From an uncultured virus (IMG/VR IMGVR_UViG_3300032047_003368) (lineage: Duplodnaviria > Heunggongvirae > Uroviricota > Caudoviricetes): DNA of 64,000 nt. Where the stretch lies: the IMG/VR virus record IMGVR_UViG_3300032047_003368; one strand, written 5' to 3'. The notes under the pieces were generated by a model, which had not been told where the DNA came from, did no database searches, and saw only the letters and a program-made list of their open reading frames with translations. Each line of letters starts with the position of its first letter. Position 1 is the stretch's first letter. Positions 21,742-31,261 of the stretch are shown here, one piece after another. A program made the translations under genes and the position numbers.

Positions 21742-22722
21742 CTACAATGATTTATATACCAATGAATTAACCACAGAATGTAAAAAATTTTTTAATTTAA
21801 ATTTTTCTTTAAATGGGTGTTTTTTTAAATATGAATGTGCATTGAAAATTAATTCAGTATTATTCAAATCCGACTCCATATCGTTGATAGAAGATTTCAT
21901 ATAAAACGGATAGTCGTTTCCAAGATATTCAACTACAACATCACACGGATTGACATATATTGGGATATTTCTTTCTATACACTCAAGTATATAATTGCTT
22001 GCAGTTGGCTTCCACAACTCGGCATAATGAACATTGTTTCTGAGCATTTTATAGTATGTTTTATTATCATAATACCTATCGTATCTACTAACCCCTCCTG
22101 CTCTTAGCGCAACATCTCGTCTTTTAGCTTGCCTGGGGCCTCTCCAGTGATCTTTTTGAAATAAACAAACTGTTCTAGGCATAGTAGTATTGAGATTTGA
22201 AAATTTATCGAACATCCTACAATGGTCACCGACCGATACAACCGTTCCTGTTGGGTAATTTCCGGTCTGAGAAGATTTAAGTAAACATTTAGTATTAAAT
22301 TTCAACGAACTTGCGTAAACTGGATGATATAAAACCGAGACTGGTATATTTTTCAATTTATCAATTTTCACATAACATTGTCGTTGTTTCTCCGATAGCA
22401 CAAATATACCTTGGCATCGTGATATAGCCTTTTCGTTTTTAGTATTATTAATAATGCTTTCCATTCTACAAAATGCACGTGGATCGTCCGGATGATGATG
22501 AGCAAATGCAACCCACGGATTTTTTTCATAGTATAATATTTTAGTAAGATTTTTTTTTCTATACTGAGCAAATGTATATTCAAGTGCAGGTTCGAGTACG
22601 ACAGATGCTTTTTTGTTTTTTGCAGAAAATCTTTTTATATAGTTTATTATACCAGGCCAACCATATGCATGGTGATCCCATACATCAAATTTTTCTATAT
22701 ATAATTTACTAAGTAATGCCAT
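21742..22722 (-). CDS. hypothetical protein, possible GT-B fold; paralog of 23596-24585
   Basis: Shared HHxxGW, LYHP and TASNxxLECI...VVEYLGxDYP motifs. Confidence 0.5.
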   Translation of the reverse strand: MALLSKLYIEKFDVWDHHAYGWPGIINYIKRFSAKNKKASVVLEPALEYTFAQYRKKNLTKILYYEKNPWVAFAHHHPDDPRAFCRMESIINNTKNEKAISRCQGIFVLSEKQRQCYVKIDKLKNIPVSVLYHPVYASSLKFNTKCLLKSSQTGNYPTGTVVSVGDHCRMFDKFSNLNTTMPRTVCLFQKDHWRGPRQAKRRDVALRAGGVSRYDRYYDNKTYYKMLRNNVHYAELWKPTASNYILECIERNIPIYVNPCDVVVEYLGNDYPFYMKSSINDMESDLNNTELIFNAHSYLKKHPFKEKFKLKNFLHSVVNSLVYKSL

Positions 22723-22730
22723 TCTCTAGT

Positions 22731-23510
22731 TTACTCGGTGTCACTACAAACTTTGTCAAAATCTATTTCAAGCATTTCTTCACGTGGTGAAACTTTAAGT
22801 TTCTTTAATCTTTCAATTGAATACTCGTCTTCTTTTACATCAACTGGTATCAATTCAGTGTGAACATATTCTGATGAACTTAGATTTCTTTCAAACTTAG
22901 CATTATTGCAATAAAAATATAACAGCCCTATTTCAGTTTGGGGATACGCAGCTTTTAATCTAGAGATAAAATAATTTATATCTTCATCTTGATTTGTTCC
23001 ATGCGCCCGTTTGAGTTGTCTCTTTTCATCTGCTCTAAAAAATAATATTTTATTTTTGCTTCTGAGTTGTGATGCTAATCTTTGTTGACGATTTTCAAAC
23101 ACACGAACAAAATCATCCCAAATCGGATCAATCGTTAATTCTTCTCCGAGTTTCCAATCGTGCAATTCGTTTTTGCTTAATGTACCCCTGAACCACACAT
23201 CTGCAAAGTGTGGATAATATACTTTTGGAGTATTTTTATGAGATACAATTTTATTACGGATTTCAGTGCTTCTTGGTGCATATTCATTTACTACTTCCCA
23301 ATCTTCTTTGTTTGCAAAGTAATTTTCAAATCCGTCTGCCATTAAATTAGCACAATCAGTAAGACCTTCCACCGTATCCATATTATCAAATGGACTTGAG
23401 TAGTAGCGAACGTTCGCGGAACGAGAAATTCCCAACGTATTGCATTTAATTCCCAAATTTACGACTAAATTCCAGTCGATATCAAATATTTTAGATTCAC
23501 CGTTTTTCAT
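22731..23510 (-). CDS. DUF1796-like putative cysteine peptidase
   Basis: VNLGIKC...SSPFD...YPH...R..RL...LFFR pattern. Confidence 0.45.
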   Translation of the reverse strand: MKNGESKIFDIDWNLVVNLGIKCNTLGISRSANVRYYSSPFDNMDTVEGLTDCANLMADGFENYFANKEDWEVVNEYAPRSTEIRNKIVSHKNTPKVYYPHFADVWFRGTLSKNELHDWKLGEELTIDPIWDDFVRVFENRQQRLASQLRSKNKILFFRADEKRQLKRAHGTNQDEDINYFISRLKAAYPQTEIGLLYFYCNNAKFERNLSSSEYVHTELIPVDVKEDEYSIERLKKLKVSPREEMLEIDFDKVCSDTE

Positions 23511-23595
23511 ACAATATAAATATAAGTAAATGAATTTTTATAATTTAGTTTTATTTGGTAAATTTATATTCAAAATTATAAATGTATGTTCTTTT

Positions 23596-24585
23596 TCAAA
23601 TACTTTTATACACATCTGATTCAAAAAAACTATTTACAAAATAGTCCGGACTAATTTTATCTTGGGCAAGTGTTTCTTTCAAATATTCATGTGCATCTTT
23701 TAAAAGTGGCAATCCACCCTGCTTCAGTTTACGAGCAAATTTTCTTATATTGGTATAATACAAAGGATAATCCTTTCCAAGATACTCAACTACTGAAGGG
23801 TGGGGGTTGATACAAACGGGGGTACTTCGTGCAATACACTCTAACAAGAGATTGCTTGCAGTTGGATTTACAAGTTCAACGAATTGTATATTTTGACACA
23901 TAATTTTATCATATTCTTGATTACTGATTCTTTCTGTGTGTTTTGTAATATTGTGATTTGCAAACCACCAATCTCTTCTCGTCGCCCGACCTGCCCAGTC
24001 ATCTTCAGTTGCTAATAACACGGACTTTGTGTAATGTGTCCGAAACCTTGAAAATTTTTTATGAAGTCTTAAATGATCACCTATCATCATAAGATTCCCA
24101 CACGGTAATTTCGTTGGGTGTTTACACGAAAATAACTCAAAATCAAACTTACTTACATTCACATCAGTTGGATGATACAACTTGGAAATCGGAATATTTG
24201 CTAACTCAGGAATTTCACTATATGCTATTCTTTGCTCTTCACATAATACAAAAATTCCTACAAGATTTTGTAAAGCTTTTTGGAACTCTGAATTTTTATT
24301 TACCAGGTCGTATATATGATGCCAACTCCTCCAATCATTATGAGCATGATGAAACACCGCAACCCATTTGTTTTCTTGATACAATTTAATTCTCTCCGTA
24401 TCACGTGTATGTATATTTACAAAAGTTGCTTCCACGGCCGGTTCGAATAAGACTGCATCGGATGCATACGAAAAAATTTTGTCTCTCAAAAATTTAATTG
24501 TGGTTTTCCAACCGAAGTAGTGATGTTCCCATAAATTAAATGGTTCTATTTTTATTTTACAATTTTCCATATTATTCCCATGCAA
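23596..24585 (-). CDS. hypothetical protein, possible GT-B fold; paralog of 21742-22722
   Basis: Same motifs as its paralog; start may be 24570. Confidence 0.5.
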   Translation of the reverse strand: MHGNNMENCKIKIEPFNLWEHHYFGWKTTIKFLRDKIFSYASDAVLFEPAVEATFVNIHTRDTERIKLYQENKWVAVFHHAHNDWRSWHHIYDLVNKNSEFQKALQNLVGIFVLCEEQRIAYSEIPELANIPISKLYHPTDVNVSKFDFELFSCKHPTKLPCGNLMMIGDHLRLHKKFSRFRTHYTKSVLLATEDDWAGRATRRDWWFANHNITKHTERISNQEYDKIMCQNIQFVELVNPTASNLLLECIARSTPVCINPHPSVVEYLGKDYPLYYTNIRKFARKLKQGGLPLLKDAHEYLKETLAQDKISPDYFVNSFFESDVYKSI

Positions 24586-26263
24586 GTTTCATGTCTATGA
24601 GTTCAAAGAGTTTTTGATTATATTTCCCATAAAATTTTTTGAGTTTATTGTTAACATCTGCTTTAACTTTAAAATTCACATCTTCATTTACTATATTAAA
24701 ATTTTGAGAACCATCAGATTCTACACCCAAAAAATTAAATATATCGTTAAACTCTGATTTTGGGTTATCTATCAGTCTACCACTTTCCACCACTTTCAAT
24801 CTACTCTCGTCCAATTTAAGTTCTTTTTTGAAATAATTCAAAAAATAAAAATAACAACCACCTTTAAGCAAATTACCTACATCGGTAGACTCAAACCACA
24901 CATCCTCGTTTGTTTTGTTATATATTTCAAGTTCAAGTTCAATATTTTCCTCAAAGGTTTTACCAGGTGCCAAGCATCCCCAATTATATGAAGCAGGGAA
25001 ATGTTTCATATTATGATAATATTCTTGCTTTGCTCTTTGAATTGGGTCTTTAACCATTACTAAGAAAACAGGTGGAATAAAATTCTTCCATATGTGATCA
25101 ACTAGCACTTCTTTCATTCTTTGCACTACAACCTTCCACCCACATCCAAATGACAATGGAGCAAAATCACCCCACACCGTACCATCTCTTTGAAAAAATT
25201 TCATATACCAACGAACATCATCTTTCCAGGAAGACGATGTATAATTCTGATTATAAAAATAGTTTGGTTCTGTAGTAGGAGACATACCAAAATTTATCGC
25301 ATAATGTTTTGACAATTCATTTTTAAGTTGTTGTTCTTCAACATACCTAAATCCAGGAATTAAAAAGTGAGGAAAATTATTTTTCCATGTAGTATTTTGC
25401 AGTTGATTAGCAAAAAGTTTAGAACGCAATTTGAATTTTATTGTATTAAGAGAGCAATCCACATCAATTTCATTTTTTTTAGTAACTGAAATTAAACCTT
25501 CGTCAGTTTTATCAAATACAAAACTATCCTCCTTTTTTCCAGACCAATTCATACCACACAAACCCAGATGTGATACCGTGATTTCATTTATCATGGATAG
25601 GTTTTTAAATTGTCGTTTATAGTCATCGTCTACAAAATAACAATCCATAGTTCGTTTGCATAATTTTGTCGCATCATATAAAGAAATTTGTATGAATCCC
25701 GCACCTAGCATTTGTTTAAAAGGATACGCATTCTTATTTGATTTAAAATCACTATAAAATGCAAAATCTCTGCGGAGTGTTCCATACATAGTATTAGTCT
25801 CAAATTTACACTTTTTGAGTTCTTGTTTAAAATTTTTTGGTAAAACTATATCCGAATCAAGCAATATAACTAAGTCATTTCCATCTGGTTCTTCGTTCGG
25901 AAGTATATATTTTTGAACCGTTCGTATAGCCCCACCTTTGTCAAAAATTGGGTCTCCCCACGATTCATATTCTTTCTTCTTCTCACTTGATGTCCAAGGA
26001 CACATTATTATATCCAAGTCTTCGTTGGCCAAAATACTTTTTGAATCCTCAGGTTTTGATAACTTACTATTTAGTGGGTAATAAACTAATTCAACATTTT
26101 GATGATTAAAATCACTTACTAATTTTATAGTTTCTATGTCATCCTCCTGAGTCACTATATACCACTTATCAAAAAAGTCCGAGTTGTGTTCAAGTAAAAC
26201 CGACAATTCTTGCGTATAATTTTTAGATACCGTAATTGCAAAAAATTTACCAGGTATGCTCAT
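24572..26263 (-). CDS. fusion: GT-A glycosyltransferase + heparan-sulfate-sulfotransferase-like domain
   Basis: N-terminus: FDKGGAI...ILLDSDIVLP...GFIQ. C-terminus: FPHFLIPG, EPNYF, KDPIQRA and LKKFY..YNQKL..L. Confidence 0.6.
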   Translation of the reverse strand: MSIPGKFFAITVSKNYTQELSVLLEHNSDFFDKWYIVTQEDDIETIKLVSDFNHQNVELVYYPLNSKLSKPEDSKSILANEDLDIIMCPWTSSEKKKEYESWGDPIFDKGGAIRTVQKYILPNEEPDGNDLVILLDSDIVLPKNFKQELKKCKFETNTMYGTLRRDFAFYSDFKSNKNAYPFKQMLGAGFIQISLYDATKLCKRTMDCYFVDDDYKRQFKNLSMINEITVSHLGLCGMNWSGKKEDSFVFDKTDEGLISVTKKNEIDVDCSLNTIKFKLRSKLFANQLQNTTWKNNFPHFLIPGFRYVEEQQLKNELSKHYAINFGMSPTTEPNYFYNQNYTSSSWKDDVRWYMKFFQRDGTVWGDFAPLSFGCGWKVVVQRMKEVLVDHIWKNFIPPVFLVMVKDPIQRAKQEYYHNMKHFPASYNWGCLAPGKTFEENIELELEIYNKTNEDVWFESTDVGNLLKGGCYFYFLNYFKKELKLDESRLKVVESGRLIDNPKSEFNDIFNFLGVESDGSQNFNIVNEDVNFKVKADVNNKLKKFYGKYNQKLFELIDMKLAWE

Positions 26264-26265
26264 GC

Positions 26266-26874
26266 TTATTTGCCTTCAAATGAATATCCAAGTGTCTCAA
26301 TGTCGTTTGCGTATTTTTCTTCAACTAATAATCTAGATTTTTCGTTATAATACGATGTATAGTGCTTATGTTGTGTAGAATTTGAATGATAATTATTTTG
26401 GTATTCACATACCCTCAGTCTCTGCAATACAAACTTCATATCTGAGTCAAAATTTTCGACTTTTCCTATAAAGTCTAATTCTGTCTCAAAGTTATCAATT
26501 AACAGTTCACATTGTGGTTGCCAATGTGAGTTTGTTCCCCAAAAATCAGATGTAACCATCACCACAAACTCAGAAAAACTAAAATCACGGTCTCTCATGT
26601 ACTGTATTTCGTCACCTTGAGGCTTCTGTGTATTTTCAACTATTTTGTCTCGCCAACACGAAACAAGACGTTCAAACGGATTTCTTACGAATGTAAATTT
26701 AAAATAAGATTTATAGTTTTGTGGATAATATTCGATGGAACTCCAGGGTTCTTTGGTGTGTGAATCTACAATTGTATACTTCTCTAAAAAGTTTCTTATA
26801 GAGCAACTTGCCGACTTTGGAAGTTGAAACCAAATATATTTTTGTTGTTCACTTGTTGTAATTGCGTATTTCAT
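26266..26874 (-). CDS. sulfotransferase family 2
   Basis: LPKSASCS, FTFVRNPFERLVS and HWQPQ motifs. Confidence 0.85.
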   Translation of the reverse strand: MKYAITTSEQQKYIWFQLPKSASCSIRNFLEKYTIVDSHTKEPWSSIEYYPQNYKSYFKFTFVRNPFERLVSCWRDKIVENTQKPQGDEIQYMRDRDFSFSEFVVMVTSDFWGTNSHWQPQCELLIDNFETELDFIGKVENFDSDMKFVLQRLRVCEYQNNYHSNSTQHKHYTSYYNEKSRLLVEEKYANDIETLGYSFEGK

Positions 26875-27761
26875 ATTTTACATTTCAAAATTTGTTTAGA
26901 AAATCCATTAATTGTAAATAGTTGTTTGGTTGAAGTCCAGTCATAATTTTTAAATTCACCATCAAGTGCATGGAATAACATAGTTTCGTTTATGTCATTC
27001 CAACTATCAACAAGCAGTATAGGAAAATTATACTTAGATTTTAGTTCGTAATTAGTGAATGTGTTCATTGCAATAACAATTGTATTTGTCAAAATTGCTT
27101 CGTACATTTTTGTACATTGATTTCCTATACCTTCAGGTGATACGAAAAATTGATATTCAGATAATTTTTCCCAATATTCTTTCCAATCACAATAAAAATT
27201 TTCTATTAAATTGAATTTATCACAAATCTTTCTTAGGTGTACACGATTTTTATTAAATGAATTTTGTCTTTTTGAAAAAGCACCGAACGCAGTGCCAATT
27301 AATTTAGTTTTTTTTATGGGATTATTTATTATATTAACAATTTTTTTACAATTATTTTTAGTCATATATTTTTTGTTCAAGCAGTTTGGTAGTATATGTA
27401 TGAAGTCACACTCAATGTTCTTCCCCTCAAAATATATTTTATTAAAATATTTTTTAACTCTTAAAAAGTTAGATAAGTTAGAATGTTTACTTAACTTATG
27501 ATCACCCCCACCAACAAGCAAAACACTATTTTCGTTATCAATATCAAACTCATTTATATTTTCTACTAAATGTAATAATTGGTTGACTTGACAATAAACA
27601 TGATCACTTCCGATGTGTTCAACTACCTCCCATTTGCTTAATGAGTATTTTATATATTTAGATAAGTCGGCTCCGATTCTTGCGTTACCAAATCCACCAG
27701 AACGAATCGCAAGTAGTTCGGATGTGTTTTTAATACTAAATTTAAAACGACTTTCTTTCAT
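26871..27761 (-). CDS. exostosin/GT47-like protein
   Basis: YQFFVSPEGIG...KMYEAI...FPILLVDSW pattern. Confidence 0.5.
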   Translation of the reverse strand: MKESRFKFSIKNTSELLAIRSGGFGNARIGADLSKYIKYSLSKWEVVEHIGSDHVYCQVNQLLHLVENINEFDIDNENSVLLVGGGDHKLSKHSNLSNFLRVKKYFNKIYFEGKNIECDFIHILPNCLNKKYMTKNNCKKIVNIINNPIKKTKLIGTAFGAFSKRQNSFNKNRVHLRKICDKFNLIENFYCDWKEYWEKLSEYQFFVSPEGIGNQCTKMYEAILTNTIVIAMNTFTNYELKSKYNFPILLVDSWNDINETMLFHALDGEFKNYDWTSTKQLFTINGFSKQILKCKI

Positions 27762-27764
27762 TTC

Positions 27765-28376
27765 TCATTCTCCAAATTTATAATTAAAATACTCAATGTC
27801 TTTTGCGTATTTTTCTGCAACGATTGAACGAGTTTCATCATCGTAGTATTCTGTGTAAGATTTGTGTTTGCTTTTGTTTGCATGATGAAGTTGTTTTTGG
27901 GGAATTCCAATTTTGTCGCAGACGATATTGAAATCTTTTTGCAGGTTCTCAAATTTTCCAATAAAATCAAGTTTATTTAAAGGTAACAAATTTATCTGAG
28001 AGTTAAAATGTTCGTTTAATTCTTCAAGTTTTGCTGATTTGATAAATTGTACCATCTTGTTAAATGTATTATATTTTTGCTTATATTTTTTTAATTGATT
28101 TCCCAGTGACACCGAATCTCCTTGTATTTTGTCTGCATATGCCGACACGAGTCTTTCCCACGGATTTCTTACAAATGCAAACTTTATCAAGTCATTCCAT
28201 CTTTCATCATAACGAATATTTCGGCCGGTATTTAGTTTTGTATATCTTGGAAATCCAAACTCAATTTGAGTGTGTTGATGCAAGTAATATAAAATTGTTC
28301 TAGTAGCACATTTTGGTACACGAAAATATACATAACTTTTTGATTTCGTAATCAAATATTTTTTATTATAATTCAT
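27765..28376 (-). CDS. sulfotransferase family 2
   Basis: RVPKCATRT and FAFVRNPWERLVS motifs. Confidence 0.85.
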   Translation of the reverse strand: MNYNKKYLITKSKSYVYFRVPKCATRTILYYLHQHTQIEFGFPRYTKLNTGRNIRYDERWNDLIKFAFVRNPWERLVSAYADKIQGDSVSLGNQLKKYKQKYNTFNKMVQFIKSAKLEELNEHFNSQINLLPLNKLDFIGKFENLQKDFNIVCDKIGIPQKQLHHANKSKHKSYTEYYDDETRSIVAEKYAKDIEYFNYKFGE

Positions 28377-28599
28377 TAATTAAAAACTTTGGTTTTGTGG
28401 GAAAATAACCAATCGGATTATCATAAATGATACAATCACCTTTATCAATTAATGTAACAAAATCCTGATCAAACAAACTCACTTTATCCATCATTCTTGC
28501 TACGCAATATAATCTAATTCCATACAATGCTTCGTCTTTTGTTTTATACACACCAACAACCTGATCACCAAATGTATCAACTACTTCATATTCCATCAT
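28366..28599 (-). CDS. small hypothetical protein
   Basis: AAGGAGA RBS before the ATG; tightly packed between neighbours. Confidence 0.55.
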   Translation of the reverse strand: MMEYEVVDTFGDQVVGVYKTKDEALYGIRLYCVARMMDKVSLFDQDFVTLIDKGDCIIYDNPIGYFPTKPKFLINEL

Positions 28600-28609
28600 C
28601 AACTCTCCT

Positions 28610-29215
28610 TTACAATAAATCACTATCAATAACAATTTTTAAATTTTTCGCATGATATAATCCCACAGGACTGATATAGTCACGTCCTAAACCCACAAAG
28701 TCTTCTAAATTTGCTTCTATCAAATTGTTTTCATACGATACATAAATCAACTCACTACAATACAATTCTTTTATTCCCAATGAAAACTCTGCATCATAAG
28801 TTGCATCTTCCAAAGACTTACACTTTTCAATTGCGTTTGTTAATTGCTCTTCTGTGATTTTTCTGCAACGCATTATCACAACACGATCTGATTCTTTGCA
28901 TATATCAAAAAAGCAACTCTTGGTATAATCCGAGTGAGTCATTTCACTAACTTCCCATTTTTTATTCAGACTTACACACATAGCCGCATGAGAAAATTCT
29001 CCGGGTATCAACAATGTCGTAAGTTTCTTTTTATCAATTGTAAGAATTACGTCACCCGGAATAAGTTGCTGATATAAAGCATGATATTTTTTTCCACGAA
29101 GATTTGTATAATAAGTTGTAAAACGAATATACGGAATTGCGTGTTTCAGTAAATACCGATACATCTTTGTCTGCATAATATAGCCGACAACTCTTCTGTA
29201 AAGTTTATTCATCAT
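28610..29215 (-). CDS. permuted papain-like NlpC/P60 (YiiX/YebB-like) enzyme
   Basis: PGDVIL, FSHAAM, YD and LYCSELI motifs. Confidence 0.75.
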   Translation of the reverse strand: MMNKLYRRVVGYIMQTKMYRYLLKHAIPYIRFTTYYTNLRGKKYHALYQQLIPGDVILTIDKKKLTTLLIPGEFSHAAMCVSLNKKWEVSEMTHSDYTKSCFFDICKESDRVVIMRCRKITEEQLTNAIEKCKSLEDATYDAEFSLGIKELYCSELIYVSYENNLIEANLEDFVGLGRDYISPVGLYHAKNLKIVIDSDLL

Positions 29216-29257
29216 CTCCCTTATATAAATAGAAAGAAGATGAGTTTTTATAAAAAC

Positions 29258-30349
29258 TTAAATAGCAGAAAACGGAAGATTGTGCGTATTTGCAACTGCT
29301 TCACAAATTAATTTACCATCGTGTGTATTCACACCCAATTTCAATGCATCTGTGTATTTGTCGGGGGAAATTCCACTTGCAATTTCAAGACCATAACGAA
29401 GGGTCTGATTATTCAATGCAACGGTACTTGTTTGTGGAACAACACCTGGCATATTTGCTACACAATAATGAACAATTCCATCAACATCATAAATAGGTTT
29501 ATCGTGTGTTGTTGCTTTGCTTGTTTCAAAACATCCACCTTGATCAATTGCAACATCAACCAATACTGCACCTTTCTTCATGCTTTTTAAATGATGCTTG
29601 CGAATCAACTTGGGTGCAGATGCTCCGTGAACATAAACACTTCCGATTACAACATCTGCGTCTGCTATTTCCGATTCAATGTTTGCATCATTGCTGAACA
29701 ATGTTTGAACAGACGAACCAAATACATCATCAAGATACGCAAGACGTTCTTGTGATATATCAAGAATCGTAGTGGATGCTCCAATTCCACTTGCAATTTT
29801 AGCTGCATTGAATCCAACTACACCACCTCCTAAAATTACCACCTTTCCTCGTTTAACACCCGGTATTCCACCAAGAAGGATACCTGCTCCTCCGAACGGA
29901 GTTTCCAAGTATTTAGCACCTTCTTGGACACTTAAACGACCAGCAATCTCACTCATTGGAGTAAGACACGGATGACTACGATTCGGCAACTGAATTGTTT
30001 CGTATGCGATTGAAGTTAATCCAATGTCCATAAGTTTCTGTGTCAAATCTTTGTCGGCAGCCAAATGCAGATAAGTAAAAAGTGTTTGGTCTCGGCGAAA
30101 CTTTGGTAATTCTGAAATTTGTGGTTCTTTTACTTTGATAATCATGTCTGCGTTAGCAAACGTATCATCAACATTACAAATACTAGCACCTGCTTGAATA
30201 TAATCATCGTCTGTAAATCCCGTTCCTAGTCCGGCACTTGATTCCACAAAAAGTTGATGCCCTTCTGCAACATACTTGCTAACCGCACTGGGTGTAAGAC
30301 CGACACGATATTCGTGTTTTTTAATTTCTTTCGGTACACCAATTCTCAT
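29258..30349 (-). CDS. ald: alanine dehydrogenase
   Basis: MRIGVPKEIK, KVKEP, FTYLHLAA, GGGVVG, DVAIDQGGCFET and YCVANMPG motifs. Confidence 0.95.
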   Translation of the reverse strand: MRIGVPKEIKKHEYRVGLTPSAVSKYVAEGHQLFVESSAGLGTGFTDDDYIQAGASICNVDDTFANADMIIKVKEPQISELPKFRRDQTLFTYLHLAADKDLTQKLMDIGLTSIAYETIQLPNRSHPCLTPMSEIAGRLSVQEGAKYLETPFGGAGILLGGIPGVKRGKVVILGGGVVGFNAAKIASGIGASTTILDISQERLAYLDDVFGSSVQTLFSNDANIESEIADADVVIGSVYVHGASAPKLIRKHHLKSMKKGAVLVDVAIDQGGCFETSKATTHDKPIYDVDGIVHYCVANMPGVVPQTSTVALNNQTLRYGLEIASGISPDKYTDALKLGVNTHDGKLICEAVANTHNLPFSAI

Positions 30350-30399
30350 ACAATATAAATATGATAGTTTTTATAATTTGTCAAATCAAATCTCTGTTG

Positions 30400-30421
30400 G
30401 AAGTAGTTTTTCAACTACCTT
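30400..30421 (-). terminator. GAAA-tetraloop hairpin downstream of the tmRNA
   Basis: Minus strand reads AGGTAGTT-GAAA-AACTACTT; there is no strong U-tract. Confidence 0.35.
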
Positions 30422-30454
30422 CAGTAATCTTCCAATATTAAATTAAAAGACTTC

Positions 30455-30863
30455 TGGAGGTAGCGGGATTTGAACCCGCGTCTTTCTATTCTTCTTTCCA
30501 AACGTCTACACGTTTATTTTGTCGTAAATTTCAAAAAGTTACCCAACAAACAAGTCTACCTTTTCTATTCGTTTTATTGTTATACAGAGTTTCCAACGAA
30601 AAAACAATCTCTGGTTCCACGATTGTTGACGCCAACACCAAACTAGTCGTGTGATCATTTGGGTGACGGGGTGGGCTTATTTATGCCACCAACACAGCTT
30701 CCGCTTCTTCTAAAACAGAAAATTCTGCTTTAGCGTCTGCGATAAGGTCTGCAACGAATGTATTTTCGCCATTTAAACAATTTAATACATTTTGAGAAGG
30801 CCGTGTATTATCCTTCACGTGCAGTTTGGATATCTAAATACAAATCGAATCCAGAATACCCCC
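30455..30863 (-). ncRNA. ssrA: tmRNA, 409 nt, no encoded CCA; tag reading frame 30770-30681 = GENTFVADLIADAKAEFSVLEEAEAVLVA*
   Basis: 5' GGGGGTA pairs with 3' TACCTCC(A), including the G3:U wobble. 5' GGATTCGA, T-arm GCGGGTTCAAATCCCGC, TAAAT before the GGC resume codon and an LVA-stop tag end. Confidence 0.92.
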
Positions 30864-30901
30864 AACAGAAATTTGACTATCAATGAACAAGTAAGAATAT
30901 A

Positions 30902-30930
30902 AATATAGTATATTGTTCTGAAAATGTCAA
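30902..30930 (-). promoter_or_regulatory. sigma70-like promoter for the tmRNA, overlapping a TATTTATA motif
   Basis: TTGACA (30930-30925), 17-nt spacer, TATATT (30907-30902). Confidence 0.6.
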
Positions 30931-30937
30931 GTGGTTT

Positions 30938-31048
30938 TTATAATTTTCTTTTGATGTAGTTGTAAGTTATTTCTGTAATTTTACCTGCGATACCAAGAAA
31001 ATGTTCCACAAACATACCCACAACGATATACAATAATATAATATCCAT
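30938..31048 (-). CDS. small membrane protein (36 aa)
   Basis: GGGAG RBS; MDIILLYIVVGMFVEHFLGIAGKITEITYNYIKRKL; below the ORF-track cutoff. Confidence 0.5.
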   Translation of the reverse strand: MDIILLYIVVGMFVEHFLGIAGKITEITYNYIKRKL

Positions 31049-31098
31049 ATCAATCTCCCAAAAAAGTTTTTATCAGTTATTTTACTGATTGTTAATCG

Positions 31099-31233
31099 TC
31101 AGTCTTTATATTCCTCTGCGAACAAGTTTCTCAAAAAGTCCATAAACTTTTCTTGAATACACTTTGCCCAAGGTGGTTGTGGGAAATTCCAACCAATAAA
31201 CATTCCCAATAATATGAATAATATCGTTTCCAT
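31099..31233 (-). CDS. small membrane protein (44 aa)
   Basis: METILFILLGMFIGWNFPQPPWAKCIQEKFMDFLRNLFAEEYKD; hydrophobic N-terminus followed by GWNFPQP. Confidence 0.55.
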   Translation of the reverse strand: METILFILLGMFIGWNFPQPPWAKCIQEKFMDFLRNLFAEEYKD

Positions 31234-31261
31234 GCTATAATCAACTTAACTAAGTGGGAGT

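Noticed and set aside
10220..27960. Diversity-generating retroelement TR/VR pairs in the repeated 3' ends
   Set aside because: No reverse transcriptase in the window, all copies are coding, and differences are not confined to adenines
30455..30530. Possible tRNA gene
   Set aside because: Only a T-arm and acceptor half; the partner strand is about 400 nt away, so this is the tmRNA tRNA-like domain
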